Shown: in pieces, positions 1 to 8,392 of the stretch
Layout of the letters: each line of letters opens with the position of its first letter
How positions within the stretch are numbered: position 1 is the stretch's first letter
DNA from: Candidatus Latescibacterota bacterium
Lineage (GTDB): Bacteria; Latescibacterota; UBA2968; UBA8231
Direction of reading: 5' to 3'
Assembly: GCA_965200315.1 (NCBI GenBank)
Contig: OZ241362.1
Span: 2,592,001 to 2,656,000, forward strand
Length of the DNA stretch: 64,000 bases
Notes under the pieces: model-generated
Seen by the model: the letters and a program-made list of their open reading frames with translations, nothing else
Told to the model about the DNA's origin: nothing
Databases searched by the model: none
Position numbers and translations under genes: made by a program

Positions 1-67
1 CGACGTGCCGGCAATCACAAAAAACCTGAACTCACCAACCACCCAACACCCAAGCGAGGGGATCATC

Positions 68-631
68 ATGGGTTTTGAAGAAGCAGTAGATAAAGTACTG
101 GCCCACGAAGGAGGCTTCGTGGATGACCCCGCCGACCGGGGCGGCATGACCTTTATGGGCATTTCGCGCCGGTGGTTCCCAGACGAGCCCCTTTGGAAGA
201 AGATCAACTCCTTGCTAGATGAAGGTCGCAATCCCAATGAGGCGATGGACGAGCTACGCCCCGACGTGAAGGACTTTTACCGGCGCGAGTTTTGGAACAA
301 GTACGGTTGCGAAACCTTGCCCGAAAGCATCAAGGAGCGCCACTTTGATTTTACCGTCAATGCCGGCGCGGGGTCGGCCACCAAGATCATACAGATCCTT
401 GGGAATGTCTTTTGCCAAGAGGAACTTGGGGGAGTCATCGACGAGGATGGCCTTACCGGCCCCGCGACCCGTCGAGCCATCGAGGCACTGGGCAATCTCG
501 GCGAGGACATGCAAGAGATTCTACCGATTGCGTACCGCTCCCTACAGGGCGTCCACTTTCTCGACATCTACAAGTCCAATCGCAGTCAAGGCCGATTCAT
601 TCGCGGCTGGCTACTCAATAGAGCCCGCTAG
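68..631 (+). CDS. Glycoside hydrolase family 108 lysozyme with C-terminal peptidoglycan-binding region
   Basis: HEGGFVDDPADRGGMTFMGI matches the GH108 EGGY..DP.D.GG.T..GI motif; DG..GP.T and C-terminal F.RGWL.NR; ATG at 68 preceded by GAGGG. Confidence 0.88.
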   Translation: MGFEEAVDKVLAHEGGFVDDPADRGGMTFMGISRRWFPDEPLWKKINSLLDEGRNPNEAMDELRPDVKDFYRREFWNKYGCETLPESIKERHFDFTVNAGAGSATKIIQILGNVFCQEELGGVIDEDGLTGPATRRAIEALGNLGEDMQEILPIAYRSLQGVHFLDIYKSNRSQGRFIRGWLLNRAR

Positions 632-707
632 CGCCCACCCTGCTGTGGGCCTCGCAAGACGCAAGATAGCTTAGTTTGGCAGCAAGCCAAAACAAAGGAA
701 AACACCC

Positions 708-1799
708 ATGAAAGCTTGGCGCTTCTATGCCTTCGGCGACATGCGGCTCGACGACATTGAGCTGGAGCCCTGCCCACCCGACCACGTGCTAGTCGAGCCG
801 CTGGTAGTCCAACCCAGCGCCACCGAAGCCCAGCTCGCCTTTGGCATTCCGACTTTGGCGTACGACCACATCAAGAGCCGGCTGCAAACGGACGCGCCGC
901 TCCAGCTCTTCGGCCACGAATTTTGCGCCCGCATTGTAGAGGTCGGCTCAGCCGTCACAGGATACGCCCCCGGCGACCGCGTGGCGGCCCGTGCCAAGCT
1001 GCCCTGCGGCGAATGCTCCACGTGCAGCGCCGAGCGCAGCGACGACTGCCGGCTCGGTCCGATCATTGGTTTCCAACTGCGAGGCTGCTTTGCCGAGCGC
1101 GCTCTGCTCCCGGCCATCGCGCTGGTCAAGGTCGATGACCGCATCTCCGACAGCGAGGCCGCCACCCTGCAATCGCTGAGCGACAGCATCGCCGGCGTCG
1201 AGACCGCGCAGATCCGGCCGGGCGATTCGGTCGCCGTCTTTGGCCAAGGCAGCATGGGCATCGAGAGCATGCAGGCCGCACGCGCCTGCGGAGCGGGCCA
1301 GCTCATCACCGTGGATGTGCGGCCCGAGGCGTGCGAGATCTCGCTCGCGCTAGGGGCCGATCACGCCATCAACGCCAGTGAGGACGATCCGGTCGAAGCG
1401 ATCCGCGACCTGACCGGCGGCGAGGGCGCCGACGTGGTATTCGAGTGCGCTGGCGGCAGCGTCAAGCTGGGACTGGCCGGCGACCGGGCGCTCAAACAGG
1501 CCATGCACGCGGTGCGCTCCGGCGGCAAGCTGGTGGGCATCTCTTGGTTTGGGGCACCCCTAGAACTGGATGTGGACCTGATGCGGGAGCGCAGCTTGCG
1601 CTACCTCTTCCCGGACATCAGCTCGCAGGCCCATCTGGAGTACACAGTGCGGCTGGTGGCCTCGGGGCGCATCAGCATGAAACCCACCATTCGGCACATA
1701 TTAGAGGGAATCGATAAGGTGCCGGAGGCATTTGAAATCACGGCCCACAAAGCCCAGTACCAAGCCATCAATCCCGCGCAAGTCGTGATCGCCACCTAG
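708..1799 (+). CDS. Zinc-binding (MDR family) alcohol dehydrogenase
   Basis: GHEFCARIVEVG, structural Zn motif CGECSTC..x..C, GQGSMG nucleotide-binding motif; AAGGA RBS. Confidence 0.92.
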   Translation: MKAWRFYAFGDMRLDDIELEPCPPDHVLVEPLVVQPSATEAQLAFGIPTLAYDHIKSRLQTDAPLQLFGHEFCARIVEVGSAVTGYAPGDRVAARAKLPCGECSTCSAERSDDCRLGPIIGFQLRGCFAERALLPAIALVKVDDRISDSEAATLQSLSDSIAGVETAQIRPGDSVAVFGQGSMGIESMQAARACGAGQLITVDVRPEACEISLALGADHAINASEDDPVEAIRDLTGGEGADVVFECAGGSVKLGLAGDRALKQAMHAVRSGGKLVGISWFGAPLELDVDLMRERSLRYLFPDISSQAHLEYTVRLVASGRISMKPTIRHILEGIDKVPEAFEITAHKAQYQAINPAQVVIAT

Positions 1800-2650
1800 G
1801 GAATATCTGGATAGTTCAACCGCATCCCCGTCTTGTCCAAATCGTACTGCGAGATGTGCCAACGCCCCAAGTTGGCGCTGAGAAAGAGCGAGCGATCCGG
1901 GCCGCAGAAGGCGATATTGGTCGGAGCCGCCATGGCAGTGCCCTCGTAATCGTCGGCCAAAATGTCGAGTTGGCCGTCGGCATACTGATAGATGCGGTCC
2001 GGGCGATAGCAGGAGCAGTACAGGGTGCCCTCGTCGTCAAAGGCGAGGCCATCGGGAACGGTCTGAGGGAGTTCAAACGCGGTCTCGGCGGCACCAGCGC
2101 GGCCGTCGGCCTCGATTTTGATGCGGGCCACTCGGGGGTTGATGCTCATGGCCATGTAGAGGTATTCGCCCGTCGCATCCAGCGCCGTCCCATTGGGGAA
2201 ATCTGCCAAGGCACGGCTCCAGACTTCGCCTTGGCCTCCGGGGGCGATCTTACAAATCCAACCGTCGTTTTGGTGCCAGCCCCCAGAATTGGATACATAC
2301 AAGTTGCCGGCCGCGTCAAAGACCGGGTAGTTGGCCGCAGCCAGCGGCACCTCGCCCGCGTGGTCGCAATACGTGCTGACCGCGCCATCCGGCTCGACGC
2401 GCTTGACGTCGCCGTTACAGACGTACAGGCGGTGCTGGGCATCCTGACAGATGCCGCCGACAAAGCCGTCAACTCGGGCGAACTCTTCAAACTCGCGTCG
2501 GGCTAAGTCGATGCGGTAGATTTGGCCCGCTTCGCCGCCGGCATAGGCATAGCCATCGCAGCCCCAAGCAATGCACTCGGGGTGGTCGAGGCCGCTGCCA
2601 AAATCGCCGATAATCGCTGAAATTTGGGTGTGGGCATCGAGAAGGGCCAT
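1796..2650 (-). CDS. SMP-30/gluconolactonase/LRE family beta-propeller protein
   Basis: LDHPE, FPNG, PDGLAFDDEG, PTNIAFCG motifs; start placed at MALLDA with AAGGA RBS. Confidence 0.88.
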   Translation of the reverse strand: MALLDAHTQISAIIGDFGSGLDHPECIAWGCDGYAYAGGEAGQIYRIDLARREFEEFARVDGFVGGICQDAQHRLYVCNGDVKRVEPDGAVSTYCDHAGEVPLAAANYPVFDAAGNLYVSNSGGWHQNDGWICKIAPGGQGEVWSRALADFPNGTALDATGEYLYMAMSINPRVARIKIEADGRAGAAETAFELPQTVPDGLAFDDEGTLYCSCYRPDRIYQYADGQLDILADDYEGTAMAAPTNIAFCGPDRSLFLSANLGRWHISQYDLDKTGMRLNYPDIP

Positions 2651-2901
2651 AGCGTTCCTTTCGCAATAAGTGTGTAGAGTCGGCACCGACGGTAATTCAA
2701 AGTCTCCGCGCCGACAAGCCCTTTCCACGGGTGCGCCATATCCACCTCACCAACGCGGCTCTGATATACAAAGGACACGCAATATAGCCATCCTAAATTA
2801 TCCCCGAGATAATCCGCAGATAGACGCAGAACAGTAGCAACAAGACGCGATCTGCATAGCGAGTCAAGCCGTTCAGGACTGCTCGTCCCCGGCAAAATCT
2901 A

Positions 2902-3238
2902 GGTTAGCCACCCTAATGCCCCGCTGGTATTCATACGCTTCATCTACCGGCGCAATGACCCAAGCATTTTCCGGCTGCAAAGCGCCGACCAACGCGGCGG
3001 CATATACCAAGCCGTCTGTTGAGTCAATGCTAAATCACGAGCCCGTTGATAACTCGACAAACTCTTTTTAGCATTAGCCATCAACTCTAGCGCCAGAAAC
3101 CACTTTTGTAGCAGGACGCGAGTTCCTTGAAAAATCGTACCGGACAGCACGTTAAAACTCGCCCACCTTCTGACCTGCGGCCTTGCGGGCTACTTGGTCG
3201 CTTTGACATGAGGGACAAAGGGCTTTCGCCGGCCAACG
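2902..3238 (-). pseudogene. IS1595-family transposase remnant, internally deleted and frameshifted
   Basis: One frame reads RWPAKALCPSCQSDQV (Zn ribbon), another SFNVLSGTIFQGTRVLLQKWFLALELMANAKKSLSSYQRARDLALTQQTAWYM, then a short VDEAY fragment; possible terminal sequence GGTTAGCCACCCTAA at 2902. Confidence 0.8.
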
Positions 3239-3312
3239 GTTACTCCGTTTTTAACGGCCATCTCAACGCAAAATCGCTCTTATAAACGCCTCAGTACGGC
3301 GAAAATATAGAC

Positions 3313-5427
3313 ATGCCGAATTATCAGCTAATGGTACGCAGCTTTGTCATGCCCCTGCTTAAAGATGCAGGGGCAGGCTCTGTCCAGAAACGCCCGTTTG
3401 CGGTTCGGGTGCTGGGCTGGATTCCCGCGTTCGCGGGAACCACAAGCGATGAACGCTGCATAAGGCTGCGTACCATCAGTTATCAGTCAGCTTTCCTCTT
3501 TGCGCTGTATATTTTTGCGTTCGCTCCCTTAAAAACCGCCCACGCTGAATCCGGCGACCCAAGACCGGCAAAAATTCTCAAGCCCTTTCCCGAGCCGGCA
3601 GCAATCGTCGATCCGCCGTGGTTGGTGCGTCGCCAGCAAGCTCAGTTGGAAGCCGCCCAAGCCTACGAGGTCTTTTGCGACTTCTCCTTTACCGACCAGC
3701 TCAAAGTTAGTGGCATTGCGTTTCGCAATAGGGTGGTGGAGGATTCAGCCAAGGACCATCTCCCGGTCCACTACGACCACGGCAATGGGCTGGCGGTGGG
3801 AGACGTGGACGGCGACGGACGCTACGACCTCTACTTTACGACCCAAGTGGGAAGCAATCAGCTATGGCGCAATCTCGGCGGAGCACACTTTGCAGACTAC
3901 ACCACGCCGAGTCTGGAGTTGGCCGACAGGATCGGGGTGAGCGCGTCGTTTGGCGATATTGACAACGATGGCGATGTCGATCTGTACGCTACGGCCGTGC
4001 GGTTGGGCAACCGGCTCTTGGTCAACGACGGAGCCGGCCGCTTTGAGGATATAACCGAGCATTCGGGCACGGGCTGGCAGGCGCACTCGTCGTCCGGTGA
4101 ATTCTTCGACTACGACAACGATGGATTGCTGGATCTGTTTGTGACCAATGTGGGGGTCTATACCCAAGATGAAGAGAGGACCGCGGCGGTCGATCCGACG
4201 CGGCTAAAAGTGGGGGCAACCTACCAGTACTACCGGGGTTTCCAGGATGCCTTCTCCGGGCATTTGAAGCCCGAGCGCGCCGAGCAGAGTGCGCTGTTCA
4301 AGAACCTCGGACAGCGGGTTTTCGCCGAGGTCTCGCACGAGGTGGGGTTATTGGATTCGAGCTGGTCGGGGGACGCCAGTCCGGTGGATTTTAACGGGGA
4401 TGGCTGGCAAGACCTCTACGTGCTCAATATGCAGGGGCATGACTCCTACTACGAGAATGTGGCCGGGCAGCACTTCGTCAAAAAGAGCCGCGAAGTGTTC
4501 CCCAAAACGCCGTGGGGTTCGATGGGAATCAAGGCCCTCGACTACGACAACGACGGCCGGCTAGATCTCTTCGTCTCCGATATGCACTCCGATATGAGTC
4601 AGCCGGCGGGTCCTTGGGACGAAAAACTCAAGTCGTATATCCAATATCCAGACGAATTTTTGCTCAGCGGGGGATTAAGTATCTTCGGCAACGCCTTTTA
4701 CCACCAAGTAGACGAGGGGCAGTTCGAGGAAATTTCCGACCTGATCGGTGCTGAAAACTACTGGCCGTGGGGGTTGAGCAGCGGCGATCTCAACGCCGAT
4801 GGTTGGCAAGATGTGTTCGTGGCTTCGAGCATGAATTATCCCTTTCGCTATGGAGTCAACACCGTCTTGCTCAACGACCAAGGGCGCGGCTTCCTCGACA
4901 GCGAGTTTGTGTTAGGAGTGGAGCCGCGACGCGACGGTCGCACCGCGCAGCCGTGGTTCGCCCTCGACTGCGACGAGGCGGATTTAAAGCACAAGCTCTG
5001 CGAGGGGCAGGAAGGGGGCTTGCTGGTGTACGGCGCCTTGGGGACGCGCTCGTCGGCTCTGTTCGACGTGGAGGGCGATGGCGATATCGACATTGTGACC
5101 AATGAGTTCAATGGGGTGCCGCTGGTCTTGCTCAGCGATCTGAGTCAGCGTCGGGCGGTGCGTTATGTGGAGGTAGTACTGGCGGGAAAATCGTCGAATC
5201 GGGATGGGTTGGGCGCGGTGGTCTCAGTAGAAGCCGGCGATCAAGTATATACCCAAGTGCAGGATGGGCAGTCGGGGTATCTGTCGCAGAGCGTTTATGG
5301 ACTCTACTTTGGCTTGGGGAAGGCGACGGTGATAGATCGCCTAACGGTGCGCTGGCCCTCGGGTCCGGTACAAATCTTGGATGGTCCCTTCCAGACCAAC
5401 CAGCGACTCCGCGTAGAGGAACCGTAG
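3313..5427 (+). CDS. CRTAC1-family protein (FG-GAP/VCBS repeats + ASPIC/UnbV), with a 53-codon in-frame element insertion in its signal peptide
   Basis: Repeated GD.DNDG..DL motifs; C-terminal SNRDGLGA.V, GYLSQS...YFGLG, VRWPSG. Confidence 0.9.
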   Translation: MPNYQLMVRSFVMPLLKDAGAGSVQKRPFAVRVLGWIPAFAGTTSDERCIRLRTISYQSAFLFALYIFAFAPLKTAHAESGDPRPAKILKPFPEPAAIVDPPWLVRRQQAQLEAAQAYEVFCDFSFTDQLKVSGIAFRNRVVEDSAKDHLPVHYDHGNGLAVGDVDGDGRYDLYFTTQVGSNQLWRNLGGAHFADYTTPSLELADRIGVSASFGDIDNDGDVDLYATAVRLGNRLLVNDGAGRFEDITEHSGTGWQAHSSSGEFFDYDNDGLLDLFVTNVGVYTQDEERTAAVDPTRLKVGATYQYYRGFQDAFSGHLKPERAEQSALFKNLGQRVFAEVSHEVGLLDSSWSGDASPVDFNGDGWQDLYVLNMQGHDSYYENVAGQHFVKKSREVFPKTPWGSMGIKALDYDNDGRLDLFVSDMHSDMSQPAGPWDEKLKSYIQYPDEFLLSGGLSIFGNAFYHQVDEGQFEEISDLIGAENYWPWGLSSGDLNADGWQDVFVASSMNYPFRYGVNTVLLNDQGRGFLDSEFVLGVEPRRDGRTAQPWFALDCDEADLKHKLCEGQEGGLLVYGALGTRSSALFDVEGDGDIDIVTNEFNGVPLVLLSDLSQRRAVRYVEVVLAGKSSNRDGLGAVVSVEAGDQVYTQVQDGQSGYLSQSVYGLYFGLGKATVIDRLTVRWPSGPVQILDGPFQTNQRLRVEEP
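3328..3479. mobile_element. 152-bp MITE-like element with 15-bp TIRs and 7-bp target duplication
   Basis: Left end CTAATGGTACGCAGC; right end GCTGCGTACCATCAG (14/15 inverted match); TTATCAG direct repeats at 3321-3327 and 3480-3486; internal hairpins GCCCCTGC..GCAGGGGC and TTCCCGCG-TT-CGCGGGAA. Confidence 0.85.
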
Positions 5428-5538
5428 GGGCGGTTCGCGAATCGCCCCTATATCTGCTGGCGGACTTCGACAAGCTCAGCCCGCGCAGCGCTTGTCGAAG
5501 CGCATCCCCGGAATCAACTTACTCGTGCGTAACATTAT
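5424..5538. repeat. REP-like palindromes plus an orphan right TIR of the same element family
   Basis: GTAGGGGCG..CGCCCCTAT (5424-5451); CTTCGACAAGC..GCTTGTCGAAG (5465-5500); GTGCGTAACATTAT (5525-5538) followed by TTCTTAA. Confidence 0.7.
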
Positions 5539-5545
5539 TTCTTAA

Positions 5546-5679
5546 CTGATGTTACGTAGTACGTGGCCGGTGGTTGGTTTTCGGCCCGATTTCCGCTGGG
5601 ATCGCGGACATCTTGCCCGCGGCGAGGGCGTCCCGCCCTCGATCCGACGAGGCCGGTGGCTGCGGGTGCGTAACATCAC
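5546..5679. mobile_element. 134-bp MITE-like element with TIRs and 7-bp target duplication
   Basis: Left CTGATGTTACGTAG, right GTGCGTAACATCAC; TTCTTAA at 5539-5545 and 5680-5686; internal hairpins GCGGACA-TCT-TGCCCGC and GAGGGCG-TCC-CGCCCTC. Confidence 0.82.
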
Positions 5680-5701
5680 TTCTTAAAAAAGAGCATTCAG
5701 T

Positions 5702-8224
5702 GTGGAAGAACACGGTCGGGACTTAGAGCAGTCTGAACAGAAGATGCTCTGGGTCCTGTTCTTTTTTTCGGGGGTCAGCAGCTTAGTCTATCAGGTGGTG
5801 TGGGCGCGGATGCTGACCGTGGTCTTCGGCACCACCCTGCTGGCTACTAGCACCGTGCTCAGCGCCTTCATGGCTGGCCTAGCCTTGGGTAGTTGGGTTT
5901 TGGGGCGGCACATCGACCGCTGCAAGCACCCGCTACGAGTTTTTGCCGCGCTAGAAGCCGGCATCGGTCTTTTTGCCCTTTTCTTTCCCACCATTAGTGC
6001 GAATTTGGGAAATGCCTACGGTGCTCTAGCGGGATTACAGGGGAACTTCTACCTGTTTTCCTTAGCCCGCTTCGGCCTTTGCTTCGCCTTGCTCCTGATC
6101 CCCACGGCGCTGATGGGGGGCACCCTACCGGTCATGGCCAAGTTTGCGGTGCGGCGGCTGGGCCGGGTAGGCGGTCGGGTCGGACAGCTCTATGCGGTCA
6201 ACACGCTGGGGGCGGTCATCGGGGTGTTGGCGGCGACTTTCGGACTGATGGAAGGGCTGGGTTTGCAGGGGACGACGCAAGCTGTCGCTGCGGTGAATCT
6301 CTTGGTGGCGGGCGCGGCTTGGCTGTGGGGAGGTCAAAGAGCCGTCAGCGGCGAAGAGGTGGTAGAAAAAAAGACCGCGTACGCTGACCGCGTCCTGTGG
6401 GGCGTACTGGTCGGCTTTGCACTCTCTGGTTTTGCGGCCCTCGGCTACGAAGTGGCGTGGATGCGGCTGTTGATGGTGAGTTTCTCCTTCAATTCACACT
6501 ACGAGTTCAGCATTGTCTTGGTGGCCTTTTTGAGTGGATTGGCCTTGGGGGGGTGGCTGGGCAGTCGGCTACTCACGCGGCGGGCAGAGCTGCTCGCGAT
6601 TTTTGTCTGGGTCCAGTTTTTGATCGGCGTGTGCGGTGCCCTGTCCGTGTTGGCCTTTGCCCACTTATCCGCTCTTGTAGAGCCGATCCAGCGAGCGGAC
6701 TCGTGGTGGGTGTCCCGGACCGGCGTGTTTTTTACGGCTGTCGCCATCATGCTGCTGCCGACCGTGGCGATGGGCGTTATCTTTCCGCTAGTCAGCCAAA
6801 TCTACACGCGACAACTGGCGCGGCTGGGGCGCGGCATAGGGGATATAGGTGCTGTCAACAGCTTGGGCGCGGTTGGGGGGGCCTTTGTGACGGGGTTTGT
6901 GCTGATTCCGCTGCTGGGGACCGAGTGGAGCGTCAAGGTGCTGGCGGCGTTGAATGGCTTGGTTGGCCTAACCATCTCCTTAGTTAGCCTGCAACGCAAG
7001 CGGCTGGTCTGGGGCGGGGCGGCGGGTTTGGCTCTGCTGTTGGTCCTAGTGCCCTCGGATGTGCTACGGAGCATTGCCGAGCCAGAGGCCGTCAACCGGG
7101 AACTGGTATTTTACCGAGAAGGGGCCGAAGGCGTCATCACCGTTGAGCAACAAACCGATGGTTTCCGCAAAATGGCGCTCAATGGAGGCGGGCAAGTGCC
7201 TACCGACTACAGCTCGCTGCAAATTTTCCGCCTGTTGGGCCATTTGCCCCTGCTCCTGCATCCCGATCCTCAAGAGGTGTTGGTCGTCTCCTTGGGCGGC
7301 GGTATCGCCTTGGGGGCCGCCGCCCAGTACGAGCCGCGCCGCATCACTTGCGTCGAGTTGGTGCCAGAGGTAATAGACGCGGCCCGGACGCACTTTGGCG
7401 AATTTAATCACCACGTGCTTGAGAATCCGACTGCGTGGAATATCGAATTAGTTATCGACGACGGCCGCAACTTTCTCCTCTCCAGCCGCGACACCTACCA
7501 GATCATCACCGGGGACGCTACCCATCCGACGAGCGCCGATAGCTGGGTGCTCTACACCAAGGAATTTTACGAGTTGTGCCGGGCGCACCTGAGCACCGAC
7601 GGGATCATGGCCCAGTGGCTGCCCTTTCACGGCCTGCCGCCAGCCGACTACCAGACCATCGTGCGGACCTTTCAGCACGTCTTTCCCCACGCCACCTTGT
7701 GGCGCTCGAACAACTATTCGATCATGGTAGGGACCATGCAGCCGCAGGCGATTGATTGGGAGAGGCTCAAAGAGAAGATGGCTCCGCCGCGAGTGCATCG
7801 CAGCTTGGAAAACATTGATATGGGAAACGCATTTGCGCTCTTGAACAGCCTAGTGATGGACGAGGAGGCCCTGCGGCACTATGTGGGAGAAGGCCCGCTC
7901 AACACCGACGACCACCCCTACATAAGCTTTGTCAGCCCGAAGGGCTACAGCAGCGGCTCGTGGGAGGTGTTGGAAAACTTGGCCCCGCTCCGCACCTCGG
8001 CTCTGTCGCTGCTGACGACACCCTCTGCTGCAGTGCGAAAAAAACTAGAGGTCTATTTCCGGGCTGGAGAACACGCGCTAGAGGGGGACATCATGCGGCT
8101 GCAAAACCGCGACCGGGCCGCGGCAAGGGCTTATCAGCGTGCGCTACAGGCGAATCCCGCGGATAGCTCGTCGGCCTATTTTTTCGACCTACTGGCCGAG
8201 CAATTGTTGAGAATTAAAAATTAG
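5702..8224 (+). CDS. Fused MFS-like membrane domain / spermidine synthase-like SAM-dependent domain with C-terminal TPR
   Basis: LFFFSGVSSLVYQVVWARML, LYAVNTLGAV, GGGIA, VELVPEV, DDGRNFL, QWLP; alternative start ATG 5744. Confidence 0.9.
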   Translation: MEEHGRDLEQSEQKMLWVLFFFSGVSSLVYQVVWARMLTVVFGTTLLATSTVLSAFMAGLALGSWVLGRHIDRCKHPLRVFAALEAGIGLFALFFPTISANLGNAYGALAGLQGNFYLFSLARFGLCFALLLIPTALMGGTLPVMAKFAVRRLGRVGGRVGQLYAVNTLGAVIGVLAATFGLMEGLGLQGTTQAVAAVNLLVAGAAWLWGGQRAVSGEEVVEKKTAYADRVLWGVLVGFALSGFAALGYEVAWMRLLMVSFSFNSHYEFSIVLVAFLSGLALGGWLGSRLLTRRAELLAIFVWVQFLIGVCGALSVLAFAHLSALVEPIQRADSWWVSRTGVFFTAVAIMLLPTVAMGVIFPLVSQIYTRQLARLGRGIGDIGAVNSLGAVGGAFVTGFVLIPLLGTEWSVKVLAALNGLVGLTISLVSLQRKRLVWGGAAGLALLLVLVPSDVLRSIAEPEAVNRELVFYREGAEGVITVEQQTDGFRKMALNGGGQVPTDYSSLQIFRLLGHLPLLLHPDPQEVLVVSLGGGIALGAAAQYEPRRITCVELVPEVIDAARTHFGEFNHHVLENPTAWNIELVIDDGRNFLLSSRDTYQIITGDATHPTSADSWVLYTKEFYELCRAHLSTDGIMAQWLPFHGLPPADYQTIVRTFQHVFPHATLWRSNNYSIMVGTMQPQAIDWERLKEKMAPPRVHRSLENIDMGNAFALLNSLVMDEEALRHYVGEGPLNTDDHPYISFVSPKGYSSGSWEVLENLAPLRTSALSLLTTPSAAVRKKLEVYFRAGEHALEGDIMRLQNRDRAAARAYQRALQANPADSSSAYFFDLLAEQLLRIKN

Positions 8225-8252
8225 GAATTGCGAGTTCTTAAATTTTTAATTC
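8211..8252. repeat. AT-rich imperfect inverted repeat overlapping the stop codon (possible terminator)
   Basis: GAATTAAAAATTAGGAA ... TTCTTAAATTTTTAATTC. Confidence 0.5.
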
Positions 8253-8256
8253 CTAC

Positions 8257-8379
8257 CTGACGTCACGCATGGGCCTCCCACATCTCTTGTCATTCCCGCC
8301 TAAACGGCACCCGCTTGCGCGGCGTACCGGAGGGGGCGGTCCCCATAACGCGCCAAGACGCGACAGCACGTAACGTCCG
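8257..8379. mobile_element. Degenerate third copy of the TIR element family
   Basis: Left CTGACGTCACGCA, right GCACGTAACGTCCG; flanks TTCCTAC / TTCCCAA (5/7); internal GTCATTCCCGC half-REP. Confidence 0.55.
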
Positions 8380-8392
8380 TTCCCAATTGATT

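Noticed and set aside
8315-8392. N-terminal extension of the DUF6785 ORF
   Set aside because: It begins inside the degenerate MITE, so ATG 8393 is more plausible.
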